From positions 1,322 to 65,321 of the forward strand of contig CANQRC010000002.1 in assembly GCA_947626155.1 (NCBI GenBank): a stretch of 64,000 bases of DNA, given 5' to 3'. The DNA is from an uncultured Clostridia bacterium. GTDB lineage: Bacteria > Bacillota > Clostridia > Christensenellales > UBA1242. Both the position numbers and the translations under genes were made by a program. The notes below the pieces were generated by a model. The model did no database searches. It was not told the origin of the DNA and worked only from the letters and a program-made list of their open reading frames with translations. Below, piece after piece: positions 47,601-48,650 of the stretch (its first letter is position 1; each line of letters begins with the position of its first letter).

Positions 47601-48555
47601 AGAAGATAAGGCGTTCACATTTGAAGTTGCTGAAGGCGAAAACACTTACTATGTTGTTCACTATGACGAGCAGCTTGATGGAAGATATGTTGAAAGGGAA
47701 AGAGAAACATTAAGAGGACCAACCAACAGCACTATTGACATTGAAAAACTTCAAAAACCTCTTGATGGCTATGATTTTGCAAAGTCGGGAGAAGAAGAGT
47801 ATGTTATTGTTGCGGGCGGCGAATATACAGTTGTTGAATTGTATTACAACTTAAAGACGATTGAGTTCTATGTGACATTCGATAGGTCGTCGGGAATCAA
47901 TGCTGTAACAGTTTTGCCTGAAGACCCTGAAAATAACACTCTCGTCCTTGTTCAAAGCAGAGAAGACTATTATCTTTACAGCATTAAATACAGCGAGACA
48001 ATCAGGCTTCAAGTTTCAACGGATGTTGGTTATTCGCTTGAAAGTTGGTATTTGGATGACAGCGCTCGTGCAGGTTCAGCAGGCAGAGAATTCCAGCTCA
48101 AAATTTTGGCAGAAAACAATGTTCCAGTTGACGAGAGATTCACTTTGAAAGCAGTTGGCAAGAAGACCGAGGTGGTCATTGTGCTTAACGCAAATGGAGG
48201 CCGCGGCGGAATTGTTACAATAAATGCAACTTATGGAGACTCTGTTGCGGTTGGGCCAAACACATTCCAATACAACGGCGTGTTCCTTGGCTGGGCACTT
48301 GTCTCTGACGGAAGCGTGGCATTCTTCAATCTTGAAAATGTTATAATTGACGAAAACTTCCTTGAACTGTTCTCGCTAAACGAAAATGGCGAAAGAAGGC
48401 TTGTGCTTTATGCAGTCTGGAAGCCAGCACCCCCATCATTGTGGTGGGTATGGCTGCTGATAGGAATTCTTGTTGCACTTGTAGTCACCGTTGTTGTGAT
48501 TTATATTGTAAGAAGAAACAGAGAGCAGAAGAATAAGTATTTGTCAAAACAATAA
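14698..48555 (+). CDS. giant (about 11,285 aa) secreted, C-terminally membrane-anchored surface protein rich in Listeria-Bacteroides (Flg_new / InlB B-repeat) domains; putative adhesin
   Basis: A single open frame of 33.9 kb. I chose the TTG at 14698, 4-5 nt after GGAGGG, which gives the signal peptide 'LDRFKRRIGLYIISCLMLLSATFGISLTAVPNLSFA/ETS'. I counted about 65 G-[YFH]-x-[FL]-x-G-[WY] signatures by eye inside approximately 70-90-aa 'YTVTF..NGG...P.R.GY.F.GW......LYA.W' units. There are interspersed jelly-roll-like and MucBP-like modules. The C-terminus is 'LWWVWLLIGILVALVVTVVVIYIVRRNREQKNK'. Confidence 0.9.
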   Translation: MDRFKRRIGLYIISCLMLLSATFGISLTAVPNLSFAETSVSEAEAESEKEAQTNTAWIDSGVTVYQDEYLNSDITGTKLAFRNVIFGPSAKFSGVTSLELKDCVFLTTATSVISKASGCTSTASYVYGPSVTNLVSGSNVSSVAASTIQDYVKQVGFFTSKTRTSFGNLSWSAAWDFDKTWGYELQAVSSPTGSVSERTATNLFPKPRSQLSSTSGNKLNFYMNVGGKFDANVSAYYSGTLSSSSALTLNTSFNPFSRKGYTLTGWAKEPTGTPSTTIKITTNEAHDFYAFWKPNTYKIVLNDNGGSGGAVTPMFYQFEQSKAQSGYTSYYYTDYACATPVANNTIKTKPTRPGYTFAGYWSTTTGGTCYIKSDGGFQNSIYTKLPSAVNSGANDNGCTSASDATNGVVNLYAHWTPNTYKILLDDNRTAGSGDKTGAPATMYYQYGQSKTQTGYTSYYYTDYACNTPVANNKITTLPTWAGHTFQGYYSAKTSGTCFIKSDGGYQNSIYAKRPSEVNSGANDNNCTGASDTTNGIVRLYAQWKTNTYTVTYKANTGTGADQTQTITYGTNWTVKGNTTFTKTGYTLDHWNTSADDKGTTYACNSTKSTWSALTLYAIWKANNYTVKYDWQIDTVKQSHQMYFDSTNPSYDSGFKLNWNNSFILITTVNVPSFASSTNRHLVYGDYDGKGHDFNIEIYGSNNATNFGKVSVWLDGEAKVSDVAFGTADQGKDITFTFTWNAPAKSWSLKVVGGNSRNYTLTGTATRSGEATGTLKVGIADNRGGNPAFAPIKSTAPQIIYTDSTTPFEKAHTYNTNYTFPTLTSPGYTCKWYNAASGGTEVTTSTKMTSVSTVTVYARWTVQQATLTINPGGGKYKGSASNTTVKQNYGTSLALDLPTRDGYTFKGWKLTAGGGVGSIEQEVSSTGAIAKTLMYDNGIPYWKFTYSAAKTAADSWIAITWPTYKFTAGHKYRLIFEARMNSISGLSLAMRHSRVNNDYYTGLVSQGISGTAWKIYTLEREIPASFTTSGTSTANSNPLAQIYSGSLKGDTSQTNSFNMDLRNLVILDISNNNALAYSSMLYWFGYNNATVTAQWEANKYTVKFEKNGSDGGTNPTTSLGNAESVTATYGTAFTAKNNWTKTGYTFSGWKLTSTTASASYSMWGKANPPTTGIANGGSISAATADTLYFLNLATSGTATLTAQWTQNTYTIAFNNGGNGAVGTMASITGVQFEQVKQLTAMSGMYKVGYTFSGWKVTSGLNSSTATGVKPQWGTASTSCTTAVTSSTVISNSGFVQRLATSGTVTLTAQWTAKTGIVITLNANGGTLSSSNGWTASGQTATKSYTYGAAYGTLPTPTRTGYEFQGWKGLNLFDYTNATLQQSNAYFNGSTGAIVKSNGFAVYKVTVKANTKYTILNSGKCTAPGYACYSSANALLSGGYKNYNNQSKVTFTTPANTAYILVSVVTDSTGGESYRYDLEKFCLAEGDVSTYSPYLPLTKTPGTMNSTVNGTLYAEWKASTISKGVVYKANGGTGADVTQSVTYGSAWTTYGASETKFTRTGYQLMYWTTNNNGTGTKYSLSTQQSAWNRTDTLTLYAYWRKKAYTLTYDGNGGTVTDTLKTDKVNYGEHIIQKTNLYDPSRATPSTGLTVGSDGVFTLSLTKTSETTTTQYVNFNTSLLNSVQPSTKYTWVVDVKTFSGGTFVIHMTSPGDVKTENGKGDVAGGGSACTISKVGTYTATITTRADADTSLREFRSYISMSAKTSYSAKFTISLFVGDVSYSKFAYSKVGTVNTSLTRTNPTRTGYTFRGWANSPTTTFSAPTRLTDTSMRISLANTEFTNNTYIYMTFKATAPFYSIDINDQVAPYSLQKSGDKYILEVYMDTITSHLGSLSFIDLNFAANAPVTSVTEISGKVFNENKHFTTTTAAGVTTDKKTWTTDGAGTVYAMWQPKTYTITLNQNGATTNSSPTSLSVQYKSNLISAITAPKRTGYDFAGWTSTQNGTDVVIDTNGKFKTGVSSYTDANGNWIKDGAATLYAKWTPYTYTVSFSANGATTATAPTTTLTSGKATYGTAFSVKNNYAWAGHTFAGWKLVGTNPNYTTAKYGTANNAVNGDISNATTIIKADATTTLWFINLSTTKNGNVTLQAVWNTNTYTVNFSNGLAAGQSLTPDTATKAPTVTGLTGASGNTATYGTEFTVVNNWRRTGYKFVGWKLTSSTATNAKWGTATKPATALANNGVAKATAENQKLYFLNLAETGSVTLTAQWEAIVATITIGDYNQNAAGVSNGNFETTKASTTSWDTTLNGTLSATGWNDYNSGVDSDKGVKGTHAHVHASGEADHGYVMEFKLQDGTTVTNIRRWIGTSQSLTAAIKEQAKTKKIIIEMDVKRVAGNSRITGGIYYTKPTADQNFHSGKFTFNPTQNGVWEHFTYTYNAFTDYGTYTATDGKTRTVMTLYIYGMEYASSEANSNCWVDNVVVRVADADSPIVPTPQVIYQKYETGYYSNSGCTTSVAKLTPPTRQGYTFAGYYLSTGNGAIDEKKPFTDANGDFSNKAFNYTTANVTVLAKWTPAQYTLTLIDTAPDPDVTTTVKVKTNDNNIYTVSESETVVQPTRTRTGYNFNGWWTAATGGVAVISNEGRLKGSVTNFTDTGGKWLGIDDVTLYAQWVAQSIPVTLSTVENGGKIKANTSNGWTVAADGQTATKNITFDSALGALPGYDSDTVVALGEVYRAGYDFKGWFAETTGGSAINTKTKLTKADKPRYVAQWGVKTFTVSYYNGSTKLTPTTTYTINGGTLAAASAFTTGLTNTGYTFAGWRVKTHSIKNANWNQVGDTWPECTAWAGKTFATNSLSVGTGFYGDVEMEAMWTAKQYTVTFNAGAPANDTAARVLTPSGDVTDGKLYITYGENKFYKESGKKTAVTSITATTTKLGYEFGGWYSDSTQVVSAAGALNKNVSGFTNADGNWIKTGNVTLTAKWTAKTFTLTLDKDDATGGSNSSVTIKFNDTKVTGTITAISKTGYVLKGWGAAKDSTTPIIDASGNVCASVDGYSNASKNWTANGGTLARTLYAIFTPAIYTITVNDGSATNKTIYLKYGDGYYSALNSGKTDVTGNKLTTLTYTLKTGYTLEGFWTGQNKAGTQVTAAGDRTGSAVAFTTAATTAFTANGTMFASWKPNTDTITLNGNGGEPATATVTATYDSPTLPKITPPTRAGYTFDGWTTLANGGNLVITKDGKFVANAKDSNSTPKTIVSADGKWIYNANLTLYAKWSANDITIDFASENFFTRTDTGVFTIGYYNVGTDGTVNKLTVEDGEICQVIGIKTVSGSGGPYVVGEKVLEAGKKYRWAIEIKFELTGSNRTITVSVGHEQNGRKNVTSTTDWQHITHEFTASESTYKAFIFYNYGSGEAAFKAGDKMYFKNLTLQEVGEPDEAVPSRRYTYGAKLTNLPTPKRTGYQFVGWYLGDKQITTDTNLTTENGFKTDNTNILTARWNRLSYVLTVDANGGTHAKNLFTEIGSNWTEEAADRMSVKYDAATGTYTCTSLKASDPWIQTKLAAQLSTGKTYVMKGHATTNGQFFWGISSANAWFNYNAGDFSNEITVTQNGLYKFRFDNAQQSTVGQVNTITNLVIYEKESLGATNVQYTLPYGDYQQLVIPTRLGYTFNGWEVTAGTGVTINGNVVKTGAGAATVRAKWVQDTYKLHIEGVGDGTNVQTWSLTGLTAAGTMTYTVNYASTINLSAVAYEGYELTKFQIKIGTAAYADLAGITLTTSNQATDAAGANYYRGRAFPNSTIQAIFDRNSTGIAKNSDLYIKAITTAKTVSYDLAVYTQNPANSKDAYTKVATKKSSAVVGTTLTQDAILKLITDDKSINLSGYKFDRIRTQNNGGAESASLVVTAHFVVNVYYNLDEYTITFKVNEGNGKFISTNGTTATAKFNVGGIIKLLGDGDLVYPGYKLLNWEVSTDAGGWTGGKTFAPGASFNADGETRYYGDVTLIANFEPAEFSISYNVDGGTAIADRNFTIQDGVTLPNAVKKGYNFKSWTEGFVFKRWYSGNITNAGFAASATAVFLEPITARAGVKYSINITSGVTWFFFSKTGQYISTATGATATAPSQESLLYILLSGGAAFTTTSKGELQISGTTIMVTASDGSTVSSIEIGSVGSRNYKANWSPKKVAVDLNLNDSTKNNGSTVAKVPSIGAATTVYIAYQTKEIYKTNADDAELIRQLVATRDGYSFLGWFNGDTKTIDENGYLIDNWKVSDEEAKVTLVAHWQANTYKISLSGNAGTIVSSSAVSGLKKDSNHVFTATFDSKQDEQFSAEVYRTGFAFMGWSLNGADTTVGGTSTNFPYRGDITRTPQENYASYSQTVGVHNLAFANTVTIYAIWDAAYVNITLDPQDSTKGQGSTKAELGFEGYKIYVKYDAQFKEAVLTTANLENVGLVRPTRVGYKFDGWFADGVKTEITGETKANSDAGVKFNEATGLYEVTLTAHWTANTYTVTYNRNGIPEDTITWVDSAKATFDKPYTIQTFENVKKQKAEFEIQGYSFLHWSASSNGGKFAEEGAQYKYVLTQDLVLYANRTENSYKVVYDGGDGRQDAAGNTVQGTAVQISGTKVEATYKYESQKIDLATRYTRTGYEFVGWYLQDNKTQVVATDPGANNTIKALFSSVVVSGNTGTLTLYAKWKLVQVKYIVHHMKQKLASAIAGNAEFNVSTPTTNYTEDSQETKQALGLTKLTLENINTYYKTIAGHSHLTTSAGYASNKEKGTDGSLVVALDGSLNIYLLYTLNSHTLTVNVGTGVSSVTVTGNANRTITGATYKIYYGESIKLAATLNAGYANAKFTVTKPTTLTITSNTFTTPDEDVVVSVSAEAQLVQYDIIIHYQGFEGTTGSYEAENAQTVTETGSARTDSKVSFDTAAINAYVRPGFEYDSVDSVTTIDKVSGDMTHKSQIVLNFKRKNITLTIDPDKGTITGVGELKDEKYQVTQIFGTSLTIANATRAGYSFGGYTQPASGTLKDGTFTFGEEDTSIKAIWLVRRISVVLNLNEDAGTHSNAHFGADIVDEKIFVEYDSKNIYPSNDSSATKISPIATRAGYTFKGWYRETAGTTQVITDKGALVNDWTLSDKNDAVTLYAKWEIITYNITYAMNGGTGEDATDTYTIEMADKNFNSATRTGYTHLGWKANKTGNWNTAKTYTTSDNFAGLYGDVTLTAQWQADVYEIHLDKNERTTDTTHSTLTNDKIYITYDDSTFYTKASNNVVDKSSSIVPTLSRAGYTFGGWEVEETPIVSAAGALLASVDGYTNANGQWQHVVAKDSFITFKAIWTANSNIVVSFDLNIEDEDYMTIDKLTQPPTQKVTFDDTYETLPKLTRTGFTFDGWYKNEECTGDEVVESTKVTNPASHTLYAKWTALPNNITVTVSKHLEETHTPEGAINSHSGNVVVKLTAKTGYSLPATITVTIGGVAQVVTTNYTYTFGDNETRKTATVTVSSKYINAAVVVTVQEVAGINTVTPKMTNVTFDGARTVNSGVAYSAELTRVYGYNLPEEIEITVGDRTLTPTTDYTYSKETGEISINEDVIDGDVVITASGVARTYQVTLNANGGKISAGGEQKDSITITVTYGQTYDALPQDGVLQSGSLITKEGYVFQGWLLEKTSDGAGHTASFIKKDTQVTNEDEHTLYAYYEPKGVMVKVRNLSGTSVEGTVMGKAITNDEGLDYQSDYLYSKTFRVGETVNLTYTASGKYTFTKWTKGENESVTNTAYVVTTADGEDGEIEFIAHYSFKITVIAVTDGKANDQVGGTVNLPSLTAGATVTSTYEYNSAETTVVATAAANAPDYDFKGWFSDLALKENAGKDPGLTIKYGTNGNLTFYASFEAHAFTISYEKDGGEFVKGYNAPATFKVTERVVLPTGANIQKTGYTFLGWNDKNESTSEYITEIGVNTRHANVTFYAFWQANKYTVTLDRNAVLNGESDKWITEKGTESITVTFDSNTITPEIVNPIRTGYTFGGWTTERGNLSTLIIDTAGKLQASVENFTDEDANWIRPDGATVYAYWTAHKYKIRFNINTDDPLATGKMDDLDMVWDVPKELTGNLFTRKGYEFSGWATSDKGSVEYQDGATVNNLTSQDNGTYDLYAVWEANTNTPFTIEVYFADLENKYPEGLPVQYTDARAGKTGTALKFEDTDDGFGVILTYTGEKEVDGAKSEATLTRTYNYTGYKLDKVETGDLTKYTINAEPETVVKLYFLRRDYTIKINYADGDITEQQKPLQKTEGIFGQTIEIYTPKKTGYRFDGWEYDSKLGRLEEVAGADYYNYTFGADKENINTTENKFTARWKELIYKVTLDFNDSNFGNGSTEVETSLVTGKGSVELYIKFDTTFGELKLSEDAEPTVDLSKFTNDTFNRKGYTFQGFYKERFMLPDAATGDKVTDSEKFSVDYFGEGVVPTDITLYAFWTRNTNTAYVVNHYFANLGYYGTETSEANAKLVQEKKTGITDTAAKTGIATQGLLEAKGITDFKLEGFILPNQVTANIKADGTLVINYFYARIERSLTLTKDNGIDTFGFTTPSDIAESKGIKREGDHYVAQYQAAIDLTSVARAGYTATGFTYSGVTEANVEKTGTTIKFKVETQNITVNANCIPNRYKLTLHLNENLNETASASGNVTISEDRTIVLYGEYERTFATLYEKDERAEGEKEVSLAEIILTMYGHEFKGWYDQDIAADGDLGRANLVSAINQFLPTLDDEGQGEIDLYAYWTINTYTLTVEFSEKYQDSEQQEHIVPNFRPTQSVTVKYKSKAEIKFLAVAGYSAYLEGKEAIKTNAITSYAVEQLLENTTVKVYYIPNPYVATFDFDDATKDGQHKTDDKLVDYTIRIPLTIPTATRYGYIFKNWEVTKADDSNFSVGDTYNPQTLEEGYYGNVTFTARWEVRKDMPYTVKIFKMEIGGEDYVETSEVRKDGTTLVEVSKEYDATSVTLGGKRYSYDGFTYDDTKFATNLDENSLIIPDNAETVGGKELEISIYFTREIYNFTVNVSKGISQVVITGQTSGATKTENYTAEQQLTTHTITVSAYFEEEITVTVTMGNGYDWKGFGIVSGTKPDGFVEDGADLTTTFNMPIGALTIVAKTQIQSHKLTIDLNGATAVIDGFEDYLVEPQKYEIERPYLTKLDIPNPTRLGYTFAGWEWTTKNEADDISARFVEGKDKYTYTFTYIDEEVKATWTPNRYAVVLNFNDANFNTGSTNATTKKQILGKNIEGGLVTLYAEYEVENGYGRLFATENRVEGEQSISIDALNEDYFSRTGYTFAGWFSAKVGGNPITSENVCRVVESVTIFAHWEAKEWTLTIVKDKERVQSITVASHEAEAEDSKQATFKVKFDEMLTITAVPNPGYSFAGWEEGEDIIETQTTLTYHYDTDDDVTLTATVEPITYTVTFDRNYGSGGTESADIVYETSKFIQELVAPTRTGYNFKGWTTTVTDRYDATEDKNGADVVVKGDGTIVANIQDFTDESGNWIYVGDVKVFALWEARVYQIDIDENNDPDIDLQLEAFQATYDKEQEIVQTPEKQGYDFDGWSTEDNNTRNEVTIDTLGDFSSLREYLRDRNQSGIYIYDGRYYIFNLSSDEYAGAPNTTIYACWKPGVSSYRVEYYLETVDGKYVLDTDEDLKDELANKYPLVSHTRDIDQYEDGNPVRTEDRVQIDETVTYKGFHLDLEHDGTVRNGTVTKFKAEAPYTNGCLVLKLYYTRDTFTVGVTRPSVGLASDSLEPNSLTYKYNTQITLTLTTSDGYNLDVLNESGEAIPLAGIKQTISENTDQQHDVVTYTFNIEKNMQFSMELSAQKRNVKFEYWFEDIKGGTYSKRTEKVPQPAPDVVDEINFVVGQTITYADIENAEHILTFTGFEYEIIVPETWTVLADSTRNVIKIQYTRNSYTLSLQLTRGVNSLTADKNQESQQDGVTTYSIKYEDTVALTLVINQGYYFSKWNAGENLTITLDSDPSTLGTPEGVDEDVHTSSHHFEMPARDVVITATVNPKLAVVTLRHWRQGFEDEEIGIENYPSELMEEVKSLALTDAPISIALDGIDLISYTGFEYVDLTIENPNADKNYEGYVDGNGGTIVNLFYQRKEVVVDVTMNTGIESVSVVVNYSNEDMKYNKDLDPQVFTSNDQFMLKYEGKATFTYHLTDGYDFVGWTVNGGEVQQSCEIVAGTENFVVHAEATPHLYTITFHGRDGDVATQQVYYLETVELRRNSFVYRGYSFLGWSRREGSETADDKMSGAEPYTFTYEDTENIDLYSVWKETQFTIVFDRNGGDEVTGEMEEKTLKFSENYEAPECGFKYRGHTFVAWEFENDNGSRIQVKVGEGLQGRVTAQDGKKVTFYAIWKENEYTLTYNSGYDYEGKEEETYDEGVKYTYNQPITMLSDEETGFALTGYHFVGWALEINGSIFILAGQETTIAKLLEGEENIDGVENASVYAIWEANEYRILFNGNGGRGYMSSVSAKYDEEVELPGNQFTRDGYEFLGWSQDADAEEPEEGLADNGETIKVKNLTANAEDVTLFAIWKVIPYKATYKSEEDGEETETQDFNVEETFSLLSNKTFTKTGYNLVGWRIVEADGNWNVRFVDDIMFSFAEDGTAEPISVENMYGNVTFVAIWEAKDIKITVYYVEKEKQVAGDDAATKELAFSVYTTSEKFGERYVIGSPEHTGYTPEQDSVDGIIETEEPIEIIVYYVANDYTITFDFNNAEGTGEVTFNGEAIVDGQTYTHKVTYNQEYKDALPIATRQGYSFLGWTSEGGVQYTDETGLLLDTNLVDRNTKAWIYAGDITFYASWKQENSKYTIEIFLETLDGSEYEAGNTVEAEALTDTYVDVVDIDAPTGYRFVRAEGSFVTADGKAVVKAYFNRTSYSLRLVGTSGVELTAESTPSTDNVLYLQDLGNGNYNVRFGATVTIGHIITDLGYSAGEYTVTQGDVELSPEHTFEMPAHYVEITVSSTPRSYTIRFNGNGGTQGEKTSYTQMGENLLYLAPVKLEDNQFTYEGYSFVGWSTRDSGEAEYVPSNGSITFTLTDNSIFELEEPIFDLYAVWEEVTFELVINYGDERGNGVDITKLIITDATTEEQIAYENRMRVSYNQVVRIYTDFDQDGQIDFLKGGYSFVSVTTARSGAPVDKTGDNYYEFVIKDNLTVYINVTANSDTVFNVVYSLQNFDLSYTDVLTVEANGTTDAVITSEYLESLGLIRDFDGFIFSAITDLTNSSTDPVVKFAAVDNERTTVYVRYIRLSFMLQLETEVKGLGPFNYSLKTGAFDSTGRYAYYETTFTLTAIAKDGYTLEGFNVYASQNPVGGKVLPGDADEHGRWLLTLKEDGYYYNDTKVFGFEVTDSFDTVYTMPAFDLYIVPIVNPLKYNILYYKNASIDEEEPLRFEVTYGEKYTIYNYNAPEINFTRENYIFRGWAGSKELAERGIVLGYDFHTNDRLEFNEYTRLTDLELWAVWEAENLGEYFVVYQFEDEKGEWVEREDYPRQHISGVQIGDAVSTEPYEVENYTFDERNSTLSGEVGSFYTLSLYVRYTRNFFNLTVELGEGVDSLDFENTAKAGFGIEGITKVDGQEGAATKYQLRVKHGLSIKVTSPAKAGYKDALLCYNFDVGEQTFTMPTEDFTIRVSRERKTYTITYMAKNETEEKQIGTQEFEYLETRTLKPFAEMEEFEYVGYEFVGWEISLANGNLLENEDGETLFDDGQEFEYIYTENLTATAVWTPRRDTDYTIVFVLQTLNGNEEREVALKGVTGDEITEQEIFDLFEEEVEDHYGYDFVEIDEEKSTDLTIAGDGSTKVYVNYELKHFEAEFAYLFKAEEVEGETCEGVEKGYLTHTEIGEDEPVKDEMKNKGVVSVVYTSQMTIQILIEKGYEFEKVTLSGVSGDGSEVHLEYTLLDEHGFVYSQEPREPDESAEQPDEGYEGSVNFAMFAHNILVTIEVSPITYKLTYHKNLDGFDDESVERDIEFNSEVALEMGVATQFAQEGYVLLGWAIANENAEVYDVELDEVFGPQEWHEGGKLEPYYEEGVHLYGVWREVLYNVEYNNNLGEGTLANSENLSYNDAEPLKVLEGEFTRVGYTFVGWATTPDGQVNVVNSLDEIKEQGSGIYRLNGIDYAWNLTAVDGETVTVYAIWEPITYSITMYYDTPASAQTEEHTHKIEGIKFDETVTLPSFEKLGWEIKDGYEFAGWYYMNGEERVEFRCEYNYPDQTVSNLTAIDGGNVELYVLWAYGRVKIGVTILKETLDGEYDKEKTDEENYVEVTEDVYYWTAYRVTSLDIYDALSRNESYSRFINITGFELDRDTFDVIESLAPGQTIFVYLRRQIHTVTINISDHIESASLEAEHGATLDEERSSEFTLVYSVKFGDKVTLALTAKAGYIEKKFIVPSTIKDFDNTALTFTMIDQDVVLETEAKADPAMTYTVQIYIENAETHDFSDDPITGTGTGATDSPITREMVQKVIEDTLESMEGLEEPYIILSDETTISGNGDTIVRVEIRRKSLLVEVQTQLAEAFYSNSTTSAYSYGANVELTFVVRRGYSLAQTVGFEDGDFGFVFLFAEDENFTRPETSAFNIAVSTDEETGYQKFVVTFKMTSVDVTLKVNATANTHTKYTVHREFETDKFDGSYEPLEEVADDERFGTTGHVLTEDDIGLEEVEIPVGYILDKISLWSAEQKISGEEDTVVTVYYKRAFIDLTVQIEGDYEGIVEGSIVVVVGDDAISPSADRNWQIAYGQKFTLSVALSVGYDFGGWEYTLNGEEKTANELQLSETMPNTALVITVTVLAKTDTPYEVEYYGQTLRLDENEQHIFEQIGQAITLQGKTSYYFQNADVETMIQNIEENFKGQYSSEELENILRGFNLQDFTYSVWLRTNDEVEDISGTPILHADGTTIVRIYLNLKVLSVDVEILEEYQNQASNVQGVGQYLYGETVQVSVDILEGYKFDGWYIGGELQSSDNPYIFTITEDKAFTFEVAEGENTYYVVHYDEQLDGRYVERERETLRGPTNSTIDIEKLQKPLDGYDFAKSGEEEYVIVAGGEYTVVELYYNLKTIEFYVTFDRSSGINAVTVLPEDPENNTLVLVQSREDYYLYSIKYSETIRLQVSTDVGYSLESWYLDDSARAGSAGREFQLKILAENNVPVDERFTLKAVGKKTEVVIVLNANGGRGGIVTINATYGDSVAVGPNTFQYNGVFLGWALVSDGSVAFFNLENVIIDENFLELFSLNENGERRLVLYAVWKPAPPSLWWVWLLIGILVALVVTVVVIYIVRRNREQKNKYLSKQ
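15577..16329 (+). repeat. tandem duplication of a 123-128-aa Cys-containing unit inside the giant gene
   Basis: Unit 1 (15577-15945) and unit 2 (15946-16329) both run 'PNTYKI.L.DN...GYTSYYYTDYAC.TPVANN...G.TF.GY.S...GTC.IKSDGG.QNSIY...NSGANDN.C..ASD.TNG...LYA.W'. Long stretches are similar at the nucleotide level. Confidence 0.85.
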
Positions 48556-48558
48556 AAA

Positions 48559-48587
48559 AAGAAGAGTTTTTTGCTCTTCTTTTTTTT
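48559..48587 (+). terminator. intrinsic terminator of the giant gene
   Basis: aagaagag-ttttttg-ctcttctt followed by a T-run, starting 4 nt after the stop codon. Confidence 0.8.
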
Positions 48588-48650
48588 AAAAAAGGCGTTT
48601 TCATTTTGATTTTTTTGGAAAATATTATAAAATGAAAATAGGAGGTTTTT

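Noticed and set aside
48300-48555. An LPXTG/sortase sorting signal at the C-terminus of the giant protein.
   Set aside because: I read the last 80 residues or so and found no LPXTG-like motif before the TM helix.
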